Origin: Candidatus Nanohaloarchaea archaeon | GTDB lineage: Archaea > Nanohalarchaeota > Nanosalinia > Nanosalinales > Nanosalinaceae | Reading direction: 5' to 3' | NCBI GenBank assembly: GCA_014297435.1 | Contig: JACOQA010000001.1 | Coordinates: forward strand, 192,001-256,000 | Length of the DNA stretch: 64,000 nt | Shown: positions 46,409 through 56,754 of the stretch, in pieces | Layout of the letters: each line of letters opens with the position of its first letter | How positions within the stretch are numbered: the first letter of the stretch is position 1 | Translations under genes and position numbers: made by a program | Notes under the pieces: generated by a model | What the model saw: only the letters and a program-made list of their open reading frames with translations | Databases searched by the model: none | What the model was told of the DNA's origin: nothing

Positions 46409-47655
46409 CCTGCCAAAGTCTCAGAACCTTCAGCTTCAATAAGCTTTCCATCATCCACAACCATAGACTTCAGTTTGTCGTTCGCTTTCTCAACCTCTTC
46501 CATGTAGTCGCCGCCAATATTCTCTTTGATGTTGAAAATCGCTTCCATGAAAATATCTGTTTCTTTCTCCACTTCTTCAGGTTCTTTATCTCCTACAGCT
46601 TCCAAGATCGCTTTCTCAAGAACTCTCCAAAGTTGGTCATGCATAAAGTATTCTGTTTCTATTTCTTCACCTGTATCTAGGTCGAATAGCTTGTTGTGGA
46701 GAAGATCGCCTGCCAAATTTTTGTCTCCTTCGATTACCACTAGTCTTGCTTCTTCGTCTACATAGGCGGTTCCTTCAAGGTGGGAGAAACCTCTTTCGAA
46801 AGGTCGATGTCCTGTTTTCTCTTCTATCCTTTTAGCTTCCATCAGTAGTTCTTGGCTGAGACCGAACCAGCTTGAATGCATCTTTACTTTCATGTCGCTA
46901 GAATTAAATTCTGCCTGTGTTACTGCTGTTGCTGTTTCCTCGTCTATATTCTCTGTTCTCCCGCCATGGATGGACATCAGGCGGTCGGAGTTCATTTTTG
47001 CAGGCATTAAGTGATCTGTTTCTACTTTTTCTAATTCCATTTCTGTCTCTCCCGGTGTTTTCTCTAAAAAGTCTAGAATGTAGGCTTTGTGAACCATTTT
47101 GTCAAGTACATCGCCGCCCTTGACTCCTGCACGTTTCATGGGTTCGAGAGCTTTTTCAACGCCCACTGAGCTTTCTCTGTAGGTTCTTATCTCATCAACT
47201 TCTCTCACTAAATCAGTCATTTTCTTTATGACTGGGCTTTCTCTCTCTATGAAGTCGGTTTTCCACATCACCCGTTCGTTTTCCGCCAGTCTTTTCTCTT
47301 CCAGGTGTTGGTCTCGGGTCAGAGAGGCAGGTTTTTCGGCTAGGTGGAAGAATCCGTGTCTTATCGACTTCATGACGTGTTCGGGGTGTGTCTCTGTAGG
47401 ACCGGAGTCGTAGATCATGACTTTTTCGTGTTTCTCTGCCTCTTCGTACATCTCCTCTGGATCTTGGAATGTCTGTATATCGATTCCGTTGGCTTCTGCG
47501 AACTTTTCGGCTTTTTCAAGCCTCTCAAAGTCGGTATCGCATACGGCCTCGATCTCTACGTCGACATCCTCGAATTTTCTGCTCATTCTCACAAGTTTTT
47601 CAAATCCGTACCGACCAAAGCTTCCTACTCCGATCTGAAATATTTTGATTCTCAC
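46405..47655 (-). CDS. Gfo/Idh/MocA-like oxidoreductase
   Basis: IGVGSFG, AVCD, AEKP, GGDVLDKMVH. Confidence 0.75.
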   Translation of the reverse strand: MRIKIFQIGVGSFGRYGFEKLVRMSRKFEDVDVEIEAVCDTDFERLEKAEKFAEANGIDIQTFQDPEEMYEEAEKHEKVMIYDSGPTETHPEHVMKSIRHGFFHLAEKPASLTRDQHLEEKRLAENERVMWKTDFIERESPVIKKMTDLVREVDEIRTYRESSVGVEKALEPMKRAGVKGGDVLDKMVHKAYILDFLEKTPGETEMELEKVETDHLMPAKMNSDRLMSIHGGRTENIDEETATAVTQAEFNSSDMKVKMHSSWFGLSQELLMEAKRIEEKTGHRPFERGFSHLEGTAYVDEEARLVVIEGDKNLAGDLLHNKLFDLDTGEEIETEYFMHDQLWRVLEKAILEAVGDKEPEEVEKETDIFMEAIFNIKENIGGDYMEEVEKANDKLKSMVVDDGKLIEAEGSETLAG

Positions 47656-47791
47656 AATAGATTCTTTCGAATACCTCTGTATAAAAACAGTTGTTCAAGT
47701 TGCATCGAGGCTTAATCTGTTTGAGCTTTTAGGTCCGGACAACAGACGAGTATTTAAACATTTAGTCACTAGTTAGTTAAAGGGGGATAAG

Positions 47792-48439
47792 ATGAGTTCT
47801 GAGGTTTATCCAGACTGGGAAATAGTTCCTGGCTTTAAAGAGGAGAGTGGTAAAGAAGGGTCGAAAACCGTTACTCTTAGGCTTTACGATGAATCAGATA
47901 GGGACGACCATCACCAAGATCTATTGGACTTCCAGAAGGATATAGTGGAGTTAGATATCGCTTCTAAGACAGATGTATATACTGCCGCAATCGCCAGACA
48001 AACAGGTGTAAGCTCTGTTGTATCTCAGTACATAAGAGACGTTATGTCGGATGCTTCTCAAGTTCAGTCAAATGTTGACGGTGAAGACCTTTCAAGAAAC
48101 TTTATGAAAGCGTTTTCCGTTGTTAGAGAGCTTGATTACTGGAGTAAAGCCTATGAGGGCATGACAGGAAAGTCTTATCTTTCCAGAAGTGTAGATGATT
48201 TTCTAGAAGACTACAATAACCAGGAATTCTTGGAGAGCGTAGAAGAAAACGAGGATCATTTAGAAGAATATGCAAAGGACCTAAGAGATCTTGTTCACCA
48301 GGCTGAAGATGTTAACCGGGTACTATTTAACGGTAACTGGGACGACAGAGTCAAACAAGACGTCGAGAGAATGCAGATGGAACTAGAAGATTTCAAAAAT
48401 CCATATCTTCTTGGTCTCAGGATGAAGACGGGCGTATAG
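47792..48439 (+). CDS. Acidic hypothetical protein
   Basis: 215-aa ORF. Confidence 0.7.
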   Translation: MSSEVYPDWEIVPGFKEESGKEGSKTVTLRLYDESDRDDHHQDLLDFQKDIVELDIASKTDVYTAAIARQTGVSSVVSQYIRDVMSDASQVQSNVDGEDLSRNFMKAFSVVRELDYWSKAYEGMTGKSYLSRSVDDFLEDYNNQEFLESVEENEDHLEEYAKDLRDLVHQAEDVNRVLFNGNWDDRVKQDVERMQMELEDFKNPYLLGLRMKTGV

Positions 48440-48505
48440 ACTGCCAAAACTCCTACCCTATTTAAAACTTAACTTCCAGCGTTTCTACAAGAGGTTTTCA
48501 AAACA

Positions 48506-49027
48506 ATGGGAGACAGACCTGCACGAATCTACAGGGAACATCCTGGTCAGCCATACACCAGGAAGTCCCAGCAAGGAAAAGACAACTACATCAAGGGAGC
48601 TCCGGCTCCAAGAGTAACCCAGTACGAACAGGGAGCCAAAAAGAAAGAGTTCCAGAAAAAAGTGGTAATGAGAATTGGGGAAGACTGCAACGTAAGATCC
48701 GAGGCACTAGAAGCCGGGAGGGTTGCAGCCAACTCCCACCTATCAAAGGTAATGGATCCTGAAGAGGATTACTTCCTTCAGATCAGACCTTACCCTCACC
48801 ACGTTCTGAGATACCACCCTCTGGCTGGTGTTGCACAGGCAGACCGTTACTACGAAGGTATGCGTAAGCCTTTCGGACGACCGATCGGAAGAGCAGCAAT
48901 CGTCGACAAAGACCAGATTCTCTACGAGATTAATGTCGATGAAGGTGACGTTCAGGAAGCCAAGAAGGCTCTGGAGCGTGCTAACCACAAGATGCCGGTA
49001 CCATGCCGGGTACTTGTAGAAGAGTAG
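48506..49027 (+). CDS. rpl10e: 50S ribosomal protein L10e (uL16)
   Basis: RPARIYR, EALEAGR, YPHHVLR, ADR..GMRKPFGRP. Confidence 0.96.
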   Translation: MGDRPARIYREHPGQPYTRKSQQGKDNYIKGAPAPRVTQYEQGAKKKEFQKKVVMRIGEDCNVRSEALEAGRVAANSHLSKVMDPEEDYFLQIRPYPHHVLRYHPLAGVAQADRYYEGMRKPFGRPIGRAAIVDKDQILYEINVDEGDVQEAKKALERANHKMPVPCRVLVEE

Positions 49028-49087
49028 ATTCTTCTCAATTTCCTTTTTTCCCTTAACTATTAATTCGAGTAAAACCCGTTCTTTCCC

Positions 49088-50653
49088 ATGGTAGAGTGGA
49101 AAGGAAAACTCGAAGGAGATGTAGGAGAGAAAGCTTCCCTACTGGACAGGATTGATGCATTTCCGGTACCCAACTTCTTTGTTATAACTCCAGATGAAGT
49201 ATCTCAATTATTCAAAGACGTTAGAGACCATGAACGTGTGCTTAACGCGCAAGTTAAGGGAGAGGTTAAGAACGATATTAAAGACGCTTACGAGGATATC
49301 GGGATGAGCTCCGAGGTCAGAACGGCTGCTGGCAGAGCTAAAAATCTTGTGGGGGGACAGAGAAACAATCAACTAGTATCTATAAGGATTTCAGGTCGAG
49401 GACAGTACGAATACAGACTAAATATAGGTTCCTCCAATCTTTTCCGCTCAATCAAGGAAGTCGCAGCATCCTACTATGAAGAGAACGATGATGATCCTTC
49501 TATCATAGTCCAGAAAATGGTTGAAGCGGACTACTCAGGAGCTGCGATCGACTCGAACAGGAGAAGCATACTCGAGGTCGTCGAAGGTCTAGGAAAGTCT
49601 CTTGAAGAAGGAATATCAACGCCACACCTCTACATGGTCGAAAGAAACGAAGTTATAGAAAAAAGGAAAGCGGAAAGACAGCTTAAAGTCACTAGAAATC
49701 CGATTAACGGTGATGAGAAACGGAAAAATACGGAGCCTAGGAGCATGCCTTTCTCGGATCAAGAGGTCGAAGAGTTATTTGAGAAGATTTCGAGCTCAGG
49801 TATGAACCTCAAGTTCGCCTATAAGAGAGGAGACTTCCATATTGTCGATGTGTGGAGAGGAAACCCCGAGATCGCACAGAACGGTTTAAACGGTGTAAGA
49901 GTTTCAAATGGCGCTATAAGTGGAAAGGTAGGCAGAGATATCGAGTTTTCGGATGCCACTATACCTTCTGGTCAGTACGACAAAGCTTTGATCTCCCGGA
50001 AAGGAGGTTACAGCTCGAGAGATGCAGAAAAAGCACGAGAAAAAGAAAAACCTGCGATATTCAGCTTTAACGGAGAACTTGAGAACGGACAACAAATAGA
50101 AATTTCGGAGAGCTCGGTTAAGGTAAAGCAGAAAAACAGTTCGAAGCTCCAGGATATTAACCCGTTTAGCTCCGGCAAAACAGAGCAAAAAACCGAGAGA
50201 ACTCCGGAAGAAGACAATGACGAGGAAAGAGTTGAGGAAAAAATAAATATTAATGCTACAGAAGTTCTGCCAATAAACCCTTCAAGAGGCAGAGGCTTAC
50301 ATCTTTCTCCGCCCTATGGGAAGGGCTTTACGCTTGGTAACTCAGGTAAAGGGAATGTAGATAGGCAGGGATATGTTAATTCTTTCCGTGAGCTGTTCGC
50401 TTTCGAAAATGAAAATCTTATCTTCGATACTCGTGGTCTTGAACCAGAAGGTTTGTTGAACGCTATAGAGTACATCGAGGCAGATCTGAAGATTCTTGTG
50501 GTCGACAATCCATCGCCTGAGTTGCTTCAAAAAGCCGTAGAGGAAGACTTCGACGTGATAGCTGCGGAAGAAAGAACGATTAACTCGGTTAAGAGAAAGG
50601 TGGCACGAGCCGAGAAGAAGTTTATGATCGACCGTCTCCGTGATCTGGACTAA
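49088..50653 (+). CDS. Degenerate PEP-synthase-like protein
   Basis: VGEKASL, PVPNFFVIT, IVQKMV...SG, EGLG; His-swivel region reads GGYSSRDA. Confidence 0.75.
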   Translation: MVEWKGKLEGDVGEKASLLDRIDAFPVPNFFVITPDEVSQLFKDVRDHERVLNAQVKGEVKNDIKDAYEDIGMSSEVRTAAGRAKNLVGGQRNNQLVSIRISGRGQYEYRLNIGSSNLFRSIKEVAASYYEENDDDPSIIVQKMVEADYSGAAIDSNRRSILEVVEGLGKSLEEGISTPHLYMVERNEVIEKRKAERQLKVTRNPINGDEKRKNTEPRSMPFSDQEVEELFEKISSSGMNLKFAYKRGDFHIVDVWRGNPEIAQNGLNGVRVSNGAISGKVGRDIEFSDATIPSGQYDKALISRKGGYSSRDAEKAREKEKPAIFSFNGELENGQQIEISESSVKVKQKNSSKLQDINPFSSGKTEQKTERTPEEDNDEERVEEKININATEVLPINPSRGRGLHLSPPYGKGFTLGNSGKGNVDRQGYVNSFRELFAFENENLIFDTRGLEPEGLLNAIEYIEADLKILVVDNPSPELLQKAVEEDFDVIAAEERTINSVKRKVARAEKKFMIDRLRDLD

Positions 50654-50680
50654 AAAAGATTCCGTACCATTCTACTTTTT

Positions 50681-51688
50681 ATGACAGAACAGGAAAACCC
50701 GGAGAGGGAACAGTACAATTACGAAAGTCTAGACGAAATTCTTGAAGAAGTCAAGAAGGAAGACTACGACAAAGTAGGTTTACAGGGTCCTGACGGAATC
50801 AAACCTGAATTGATCGAGATAGCTGACGAACTTAGAGAACACGATATTGAACCTGTAATGGTTGGTGCCTCAACTTTCGGAGCCTGTGGAATAGCCAACG
50901 AGAAAGTTGAACGGATGGGTGCTGATGCACTTATCCACGTAGGACATACAAGATTTCTTCACCCGGAGAAAGCCGATATGAAAGACTTCGATGTCTACTA
51001 TCTCCCTTACAGGGAAGACAGGGACCTCATGGGAGTTCTGGAAGAACATTATGAGGAGATCGAAGCTGAAAAGGTCGGTCTCGTCGGCGTAACTCAGTAC
51101 ATGGACCGTGCGGATAAAGCACGAGAATTTCTACGTGATAAAGGCTTCGAAGTAGTTGAAGGGAAGACTGGCTTAAGAACAACTGAGCCGGGACAGGTAT
51201 TAGGTTGTGATGCAGGAGCTGCACACAATATTGCGCACAAGGTCGATGCGTTTGTATTCCTTGGTTCAGGACACTTCCATCCATCCCAGGTCTCGGAGAC
51301 AGGGAAGGAAGTGTACGTTGTTGATCCCTACGAAAAGCATATCTGGGTTGAACCAGCAAACAGCTTGGGGGATGAGATGCAGGCTGAAATAGCCCGTGTT
51401 ATGAAGCACAAGGATAAGAAGAAGTGGGGTATAGTAACCTCTTCGAAGAAAGGTCAAAACTACATGCGGGCAGTAGAGATTGCGAAAGAGAAGCTAGAGG
51501 AGCATGGTAAAGAGGTCTACATCTTTGTTGAAGACAGAATTTTCGAGTCTGACTACAAAGGTTATGGGATTGATATCTACGTTAACTGTGCCTGTCCACG
51601 TATGACTAAGGACTGGAGGGATCTAGCTTTTGTCTCTCCTAAGGCACTTGATGCTCTGGACGAGGTTGAAGAAATGGAAACAAAATAG
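50681..51688 (+). CDS. dph2: Diphthamide biosynthesis enzyme Dph2
   Basis: GLQGPDGIK, FGAC, IHVGH, PGQVLGCD, SGHFHP, NCACPR. Confidence 0.93.
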   Translation: MTEQENPEREQYNYESLDEILEEVKKEDYDKVGLQGPDGIKPELIEIADELREHDIEPVMVGASTFGACGIANEKVERMGADALIHVGHTRFLHPEKADMKDFDVYYLPYREDRDLMGVLEEHYEEIEAEKVGLVGVTQYMDRADKAREFLRDKGFEVVEGKTGLRTTEPGQVLGCDAGAAHNIAHKVDAFVFLGSGHFHPSQVSETGKEVYVVDPYEKHIWVEPANSLGDEMQAEIARVMKHKDKKKWGIVTSSKKGQNYMRAVEIAKEKLEEHGKEVYIFVEDRIFESDYKGYGIDIYVNCACPRMTKDWRDLAFVSPKALDALDEVEEMETK

Positions 51689-51745
51689 TGTTACGTCTTT
51701 CCAACAACAAGTTATTTATTTACTAATTTACAATATATCTAGTAT

Positions 51746-52504
51746 ATGAGTATGGATCCTTTGCTTGAGAGATCCGAAGAAAATCTTCTTAGGGAGGACG
51801 AAAGACTTCTCCAACGCGACGACACAAAAGTTGGTGAGGGCGCCAACACATCAGCACACAGGAACCATTACAACCAGATAATCAAGTCAAGACCTTACGA
51901 TCCGGAAAGCGATGACGCAGGTATGAATCCTTCTGAAAAAGAAAATCTACTTAAACAGCTTGATAGAGCAGTATGGACCGACGTGGGAAAAAGAGAAGTT
52001 GATGCACCCTTCGAGTACATGCTCGTGAGGATGGAAAGAGGTATAGAGCACGCGGAGGCTGTAGATAGGTACAGTCCTAATGTGGACCAGCTTGTGGCTG
52101 AGGATCTCGATATGTTCTTTGATATGCGTGAGGAAGGCGTAACTTATAGGGACTTCAAACCCGATAATATAGGTTACTTCCCAGGAGACGGTGACTGCCA
52201 AGGATTCTGGAGCGACCCCGATAGCTACAACTGGGAAACTGTTGTTGCAAGACCGATTGATGTCATGGACGAAGGACTGAAAAGGGAGGAAAACCTTTCA
52301 AACACGGAAATGGCTAAAGTACTCGACATATACATTGGAGATGTTCCGGGAGAAGAGGGAATCGTAGATTTATACACTGTCTCGACCGAAGATGCTGAAA
52401 GAGCTGTTCTCAACTACCTCGGATTGGATGGAGAAGTAACCGGCGACCCATACATGGACATGAGGCGTGTTTTCCACAAAGAAGGCACGATTAAATCTAA
52501 TTAG
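51746..52504 (+). CDS. Protein-kinase-like protein
   Basis: VGEGANT Gly-loop, QIIK, YRDFKPDNIG catalytic loop, PIDV. Confidence 0.72.
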   Translation: MSMDPLLERSEENLLREDERLLQRDDTKVGEGANTSAHRNHYNQIIKSRPYDPESDDAGMNPSEKENLLKQLDRAVWTDVGKREVDAPFEYMLVRMERGIEHAEAVDRYSPNVDQLVAEDLDMFFDMREEGVTYRDFKPDNIGYFPGDGDCQGFWSDPDSYNWETVVARPIDVMDEGLKREENLSNTEMAKVLDIYIGDVPGEEGIVDLYTVSTEDAERAVLNYLGLDGEVTGDPYMDMRRVFHKEGTIKSN

Positions 52505-52567
52505 CGAATTATAAGGTTGAAATCAATTAAAATAATTGCTTTATTGTGAAAAGATAAACTAGTTTCG

Positions 52568-53254
52568 ATGACTGTATACGCGCTGGGAGACTACCATGGT
52601 AGAAGCATAGAAGGTTTTATCGAGAACGAGCAACCTTTTGAAGGAGACCTTATACTATCGACAGGAGACTTCGATAATGTAGAAGTAATCCACGAAATTC
52701 TTGAACTAAAGCAGGATACGGAGTTTATAGATGTAGGCGCCAACCACGATCACGCCATGCTTGAGAGAAAACCGATCACCTCCGGAACGCTTGAAGCACA
52801 AGAATATAGCTTTCAAGAACTGGCTGAAGAGCTCAACAGGGATGACCAGGCTAGACGCTATTTACAGGATCTTGTCGCAAATCCTGTAAGGGAGTTCAGC
52901 CTAGGAGACATGAGTGGTGTTCTGGTTCACGGTGGTCTAGATGGTCATATTCAAAGCCCGCGGACGCCTGAGAACGTGAAAAAGCTCTGGTATCGTCTCT
53001 GGGATGATGAAGATTACAGGAAAAACTTCAGCGCCATGGATAGAAATAATTACGATTTGATGGTAAGAGGTCATGATCACCGGAGGGAGCATGTATTAAG
53101 TCCGGATACCTTTGATTTGGAGTACGGTACAGGTGATAAAACCTATGATCTAGGGCAAGAGGGCTTCCACCTAATCACTCACGGTTCCTGGTATGAAGGA
53201 GATTATGCCGTAATAGACGAGCAAGAAGAGACTCTTGAATTCAAAAGTATCTAG
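52568..53254 (+). CDS. Calcineurin-like metallophosphoesterase
   Basis: GDYHG, GDFD, GANHD, VHGG, GHDH. Confidence 0.9.
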   Translation: MTVYALGDYHGRSIEGFIENEQPFEGDLILSTGDFDNVEVIHEILELKQDTEFIDVGANHDHAMLERKPITSGTLEAQEYSFQELAEELNRDDQARRYLQDLVANPVREFSLGDMSGVLVHGGLDGHIQSPRTPENVKKLWYRLWDDEDYRKNFSAMDRNNYDLMVRGHDHRREHVLSPDTFDLEYGTGDKTYDLGQEGFHLITHGSWYEGDYAVIDEQEETLEFKSI

Positions 53255-54438
53255 CTCCAATAACTCTTTTCGAGCAATTTCTCCCGGTTTTTAACTGCCT
53301 CCTTTTCCCTAATTATTTTTTTCAGCTCTTCCTGACCTCGTGTATAACCAATCATAACAGCTCCAACAAGCTTGTCGTCTCTGAAGAAAAGCCTTCTATA
53401 ATGGTTCTCTTCTTCGTAGTTTTTCGAGACAGGTTCTCCAGACCAGTCGCCTATCGCTAAAAACTGTGCCTGGAAATGACCTACTCCGTAAGTATTAACG
53501 AAATCAAAGTCTTCTTCCTTTCCAGCCATGTTCTCTCCGGCTGTTTCACCCATTGCTTCTGAGTGATCCCATGATCCGTTGAATGTTCTCTTTTCGAAAA
53601 CCGGTGAGTAATACTCTACCATGTTTCCTGCCGCATAGACATTGTTAATAGATGTCTCGAGCTGTTCGTTTGTTTTCAACATTTCGTATTCGTTTTTCTC
53701 AGCTTCAAGAATATCGGAGTTAGGATTCTGACCTATCGCGACCGCCATAGAGTCGCACTCGTATCTTTCACCTTTACTGTCGACTACGACCTTTACATTC
53801 GAGTCTTCGGATTCGATCTCCTCAACCTCAGAGTTGGTTAAAACGTTTACTCCTTTTTCCTCCATCTTCTTGTGTATTATTTCGGCTCCATCTTTGTCGA
53901 GACCTCTCTGCCACCAGTTGTCACCTCTTATAAGGTAGTATGTCTCTGTGTCGTTTTCTGCGTACGCCATAGCAAGGTCGATACCTAGTAGTCCGCCGCC
54001 TACAACTACTGCTTTTTCGGATTCTTCTGCCGCTTTCTTTATGTGTTCGGCATCTCCCATCGTCCACATGTAGTGGAGATTGTCGAAATCTTCGTCCTGC
54101 GGAAGTTTCTTCGGTGAGCCTCCTGTTGCAACCAGAAGTCTATCGTAACCGAACCTGTCTCCGTCGCTAGTTTCCACTTGGTTGTTCTCAGGTAGAACTT
54201 GTTTAATCTCGGTCTCTAAGTGGAGCTGGATGTCTCTCTTGTCGTACCAGTTTTCATCGTGTAGACGTGTGTACTGTTTAGGTAAAGATCCTTTCATGTA
54301 GGTCTTCAGCATGATCCGGTTGTACAGAGGATCTGTTTCATCGGTCAGGACGTGGATTTCTGCGTCTTCATCCTTTTTTCTTATCTCCTCCGCTGCGGTG
54401 GCTCCGGCTACACCGTCTCCAATTATGACGTGTTTCAT
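53251..54438 (-). CDS. NAD(P)/FAD-dependent oxidoreductase (ferredoxin/rubredoxin reductase-like)
   Basis: IIGDGVAG, LLVATGG, VVGGGLLG, TSINNVYAAG. Confidence 0.9.
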   Translation of the reverse strand: MKHVIIGDGVAGATAAEEIRKKDEDAEIHVLTDETDPLYNRIMLKTYMKGSLPKQYTRLHDENWYDKRDIQLHLETEIKQVLPENNQVETSDGDRFGYDRLLVATGGSPKKLPQDEDFDNLHYMWTMGDAEHIKKAAEESEKAVVVGGGLLGIDLAMAYAENDTETYYLIRGDNWWQRGLDKDGAEIIHKKMEEKGVNVLTNSEVEEIESEDSNVKVVVDSKGERYECDSMAVAIGQNPNSDILEAEKNEYEMLKTNEQLETSINNVYAAGNMVEYYSPVFEKRTFNGSWDHSEAMGETAGENMAGKEEDFDFVNTYGVGHFQAQFLAIGDWSGEPVSKNYEEENHYRRLFFRDDKLVGAVMIGYTRGQEELKKIIREKEAVKNREKLLEKSYWS

Positions 54439-54532
54439 GTGGCAGGTTTCGGAACGAAAGATTATAACTTCCGGCAAAAGTTGCACTCTAACATATAAAC
54501 TCTATTTAGTTCGTCCAAATCAATTCGACCCT

Positions 54533-55351
54533 ATGGCTTCATCTACACCCTTGGTATGTAATGGGAAAGAACCCTACTGCCGGGAAAATGTCGAGGAGAT
54601 TCTAGATCTAAACTTTATACAGACGGAAGAGCGGTGGGAACCACGATATCTAGAAGGCACGGAGGAGGTCGAAAAAAATATTGAGGAGTACAGGAATAAT
54701 GTTGTCGAACAGGATCCAACAAAACACGATGGCAAACTACCTTTCATAAAACATATAGAGAGGTACAGTGGTCACATGGACGTGTACCTTGGTGAAACCA
54801 CATTTTCGGAATACATGCACGCCGTACAGTCACCTACAGTGGTAGGAAGAACTGTTACTTCTGATAACAAACTTCTGATGGGTGTAAGAGGAGAGGATGT
54901 CTCAAGTGAACACGGCAAAATAGCTTTTCCTGGAGGATTTATCGATATGTATGAGGAACCTCTTGAGGCGGTAAAGAGAGAGGTTGAAGAAGAGATATCT
55001 CCTGAAATCGATATAGAGTCGACAGAACTACTGGGATTTGTTTATCCTGATGTCAATCAAACCGATGGTTCTTTGGTTGATGATCCTCAGCCACCTGTCT
55101 TCATGTACGATGTCTTCATCGATCGGGATATGCAGGAGGTCAGACAGGCATACACGGGAGATGAATTTGAAGAACTTGAATTTATTGAACCGGCTGAACC
55201 TGTAGAATCTGGAAAGTTCTCGCCCAACAGTCGAAGAACTTTGAAAGCAGGCAGATGTGGTATAGCAACGCAGCCACAGGAACCGCTCGAAGCATCACGG
55301 AATGGCTTGAGATCCGGTCTCAAGGCTGTAGGAAACTACCTCGTACCATGA
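54533..55351 (+). CDS. NUDIX hydrolase
   Basis: FPGGFID..EEPLEAVKREVEEEI; start uncertain. Confidence 0.85.
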   Translation: MASSTPLVCNGKEPYCRENVEEILDLNFIQTEERWEPRYLEGTEEVEKNIEEYRNNVVEQDPTKHDGKLPFIKHIERYSGHMDVYLGETTFSEYMHAVQSPTVVGRTVTSDNKLLMGVRGEDVSSEHGKIAFPGGFIDMYEEPLEAVKREVEEEISPEIDIESTELLGFVYPDVNQTDGSLVDDPQPPVFMYDVFIDRDMQEVRQAYTGDEFEELEFIEPAEPVESGKFSPNSRRTLKAGRCGIATQPQEPLEASRNGLRSGLKAVGNYLVP

Positions 55352-55390
55352 CCTCTAGTTTTTAAACCGGCTTCACCAAAAAAATTCTTT

Positions 55391-56155
55391 GTGGTACTAG
55401 AGCTTTTTCTCATTTGCTCTGCTGTACTAGTGGGCGCTGTAATGAAAGGTTTGAACGGCTTTGGATATGCCGTAATTGCAACATCCATCCTTTCGTTCTT
55501 TTTACCGGCTTCAGAAGCTGTTGTGGTGGTAATAATTCCTTTAATGGCGGCACAACTCGATCTGGTTTTTGAACTAGATTCATCATCTTTCAAGAGGTGT
55601 TTCAAGCGGTTTTACCCTTATATCTTCTCTGCTATGGCCGGCACATTCCTGGGTGTGCTTATGCTCAACAGGGTGTCTGAAAGATTTGTTGCAGCAGGTC
55701 TTGGAGTTTTCATAATTTTGTTCAGTGTTTCAAGAACTGGCTACGGAGATAAGATCTCTGAAATAATATCCGATAAATGTTTCGAGGAAAAAACCGTTTT
55801 TAAGACAGTTTTAGGATTTATTTCAGGCCTAATATTCGGTTCAACTAACATAGGTGTTCAGGTGGTCGCATACCTCGAATCACTTGAACTTGATAGAGAA
55901 CTGTTCATCGGCGTCCTCGCTATGTTTTTCCTGTTTATCTCCGGTCTCAGAGTAGTCATGTCGTTTACTTTGGGTTTATACAGTTCGGGCAACATGCTCC
56001 TGATCTCGGCACTTGCGGCACTGCCCGGATTAGCAGGTATTGCTATAGGGCAGAGGATGGCTGGCTTTATTGATGAAGACCGACTTGAGAAAATAACGCT
56101 ACTGATGCTTTTCTTGGTTGGATTACGTCTATTATCTAAGGCATTTATTGTTTAA
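55391..56155 (+). CDS. TauE/SafE-family exporter
   Basis: GAVMKGLNGFGYAV, multi-TM internal duplication. Confidence 0.85.
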   Translation: MVLELFLICSAVLVGAVMKGLNGFGYAVIATSILSFFLPASEAVVVVIIPLMAAQLDLVFELDSSSFKRCFKRFYPYIFSAMAGTFLGVLMLNRVSERFVAAGLGVFIILFSVSRTGYGDKISEIISDKCFEEKTVFKTVLGFISGLIFGSTNIGVQVVAYLESLELDRELFIGVLAMFFLFISGLRVVMSFTLGLYSSGNMLLISALAALPGLAGIAIGQRMAGFIDEDRLEKITLLMLFLVGLRLLSKAFIV

Positions 56156-56171
56156 ACCGCTCGTTTGGTAC

Positions 56172-56687
56172 ATGAATCCGTTAAATGGAAATGTTGGAAA
56201 GGTTGATGAGGTCGCAGAACTACTGGAAGAAAACGGGTACACAGTGGAGGCCACCCGGGCTTTTCTAGAACGAAGAAACGAACATCCTGTATACGGTGAG
56301 ACAGCAACCGAAGCAGTACAAGGACTTCTCGAGGACGATGATACCTCCTTCTCAATAAACATGGATGTCTATCCGGAAGGCGTTACAGACAAGAAAGGCA
56401 AAGTCACGATCTTTTATACTCCCGAAAAAGATTACTTTGACGTCCAGAGCGTCAGACCTTCCAACGAGATTGAAGACACTCAAGGGCTCGAACATCTTGC
56501 ACAAACACGTCCGGAACAACTAGGATCAGAAAATAACAGGATCGTACTCAACCAAATTCCTGAAGATGCAATATTTGAGATGGATCGGGTAGACGCAACA
56601 ATAGAAATACTGCTAATGGATGCAGGATACAGAGTCCAAGTCGGAAACAACTACGTAGACAACCCGGCCGTTAAAGACTTTCCCTAG
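56172..56687 (+). CDS. Acidic hypothetical protein
   Basis: ORF from ATG 56172. Confidence 0.65.
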   Translation: MNPLNGNVGKVDEVAELLEENGYTVEATRAFLERRNEHPVYGETATEAVQGLLEDDDTSFSINMDVYPEGVTDKKGKVTIFYTPEKDYFDVQSVRPSNEIEDTQGLEHLAQTRPEQLGSENNRIVLNQIPEDAIFEMDRVDATIEILLMDAGYRVQVGNNYVDNPAVKDFP

Positions 56688-56754
56688 TATTCACTCAAAA
56701 ATCAGGGTTCGATATGGTTTAAAAGAATTTACGTTTAATTCAACGATACAGGAT

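Noticed and set aside
47691-47710. Third copy of the GTTCGA-N6-TCGAAC operator (GTTCAA-N6-TCGAGG)
   Set aside because: Three mismatches in 12 positions; cannot be distinguished from chance.
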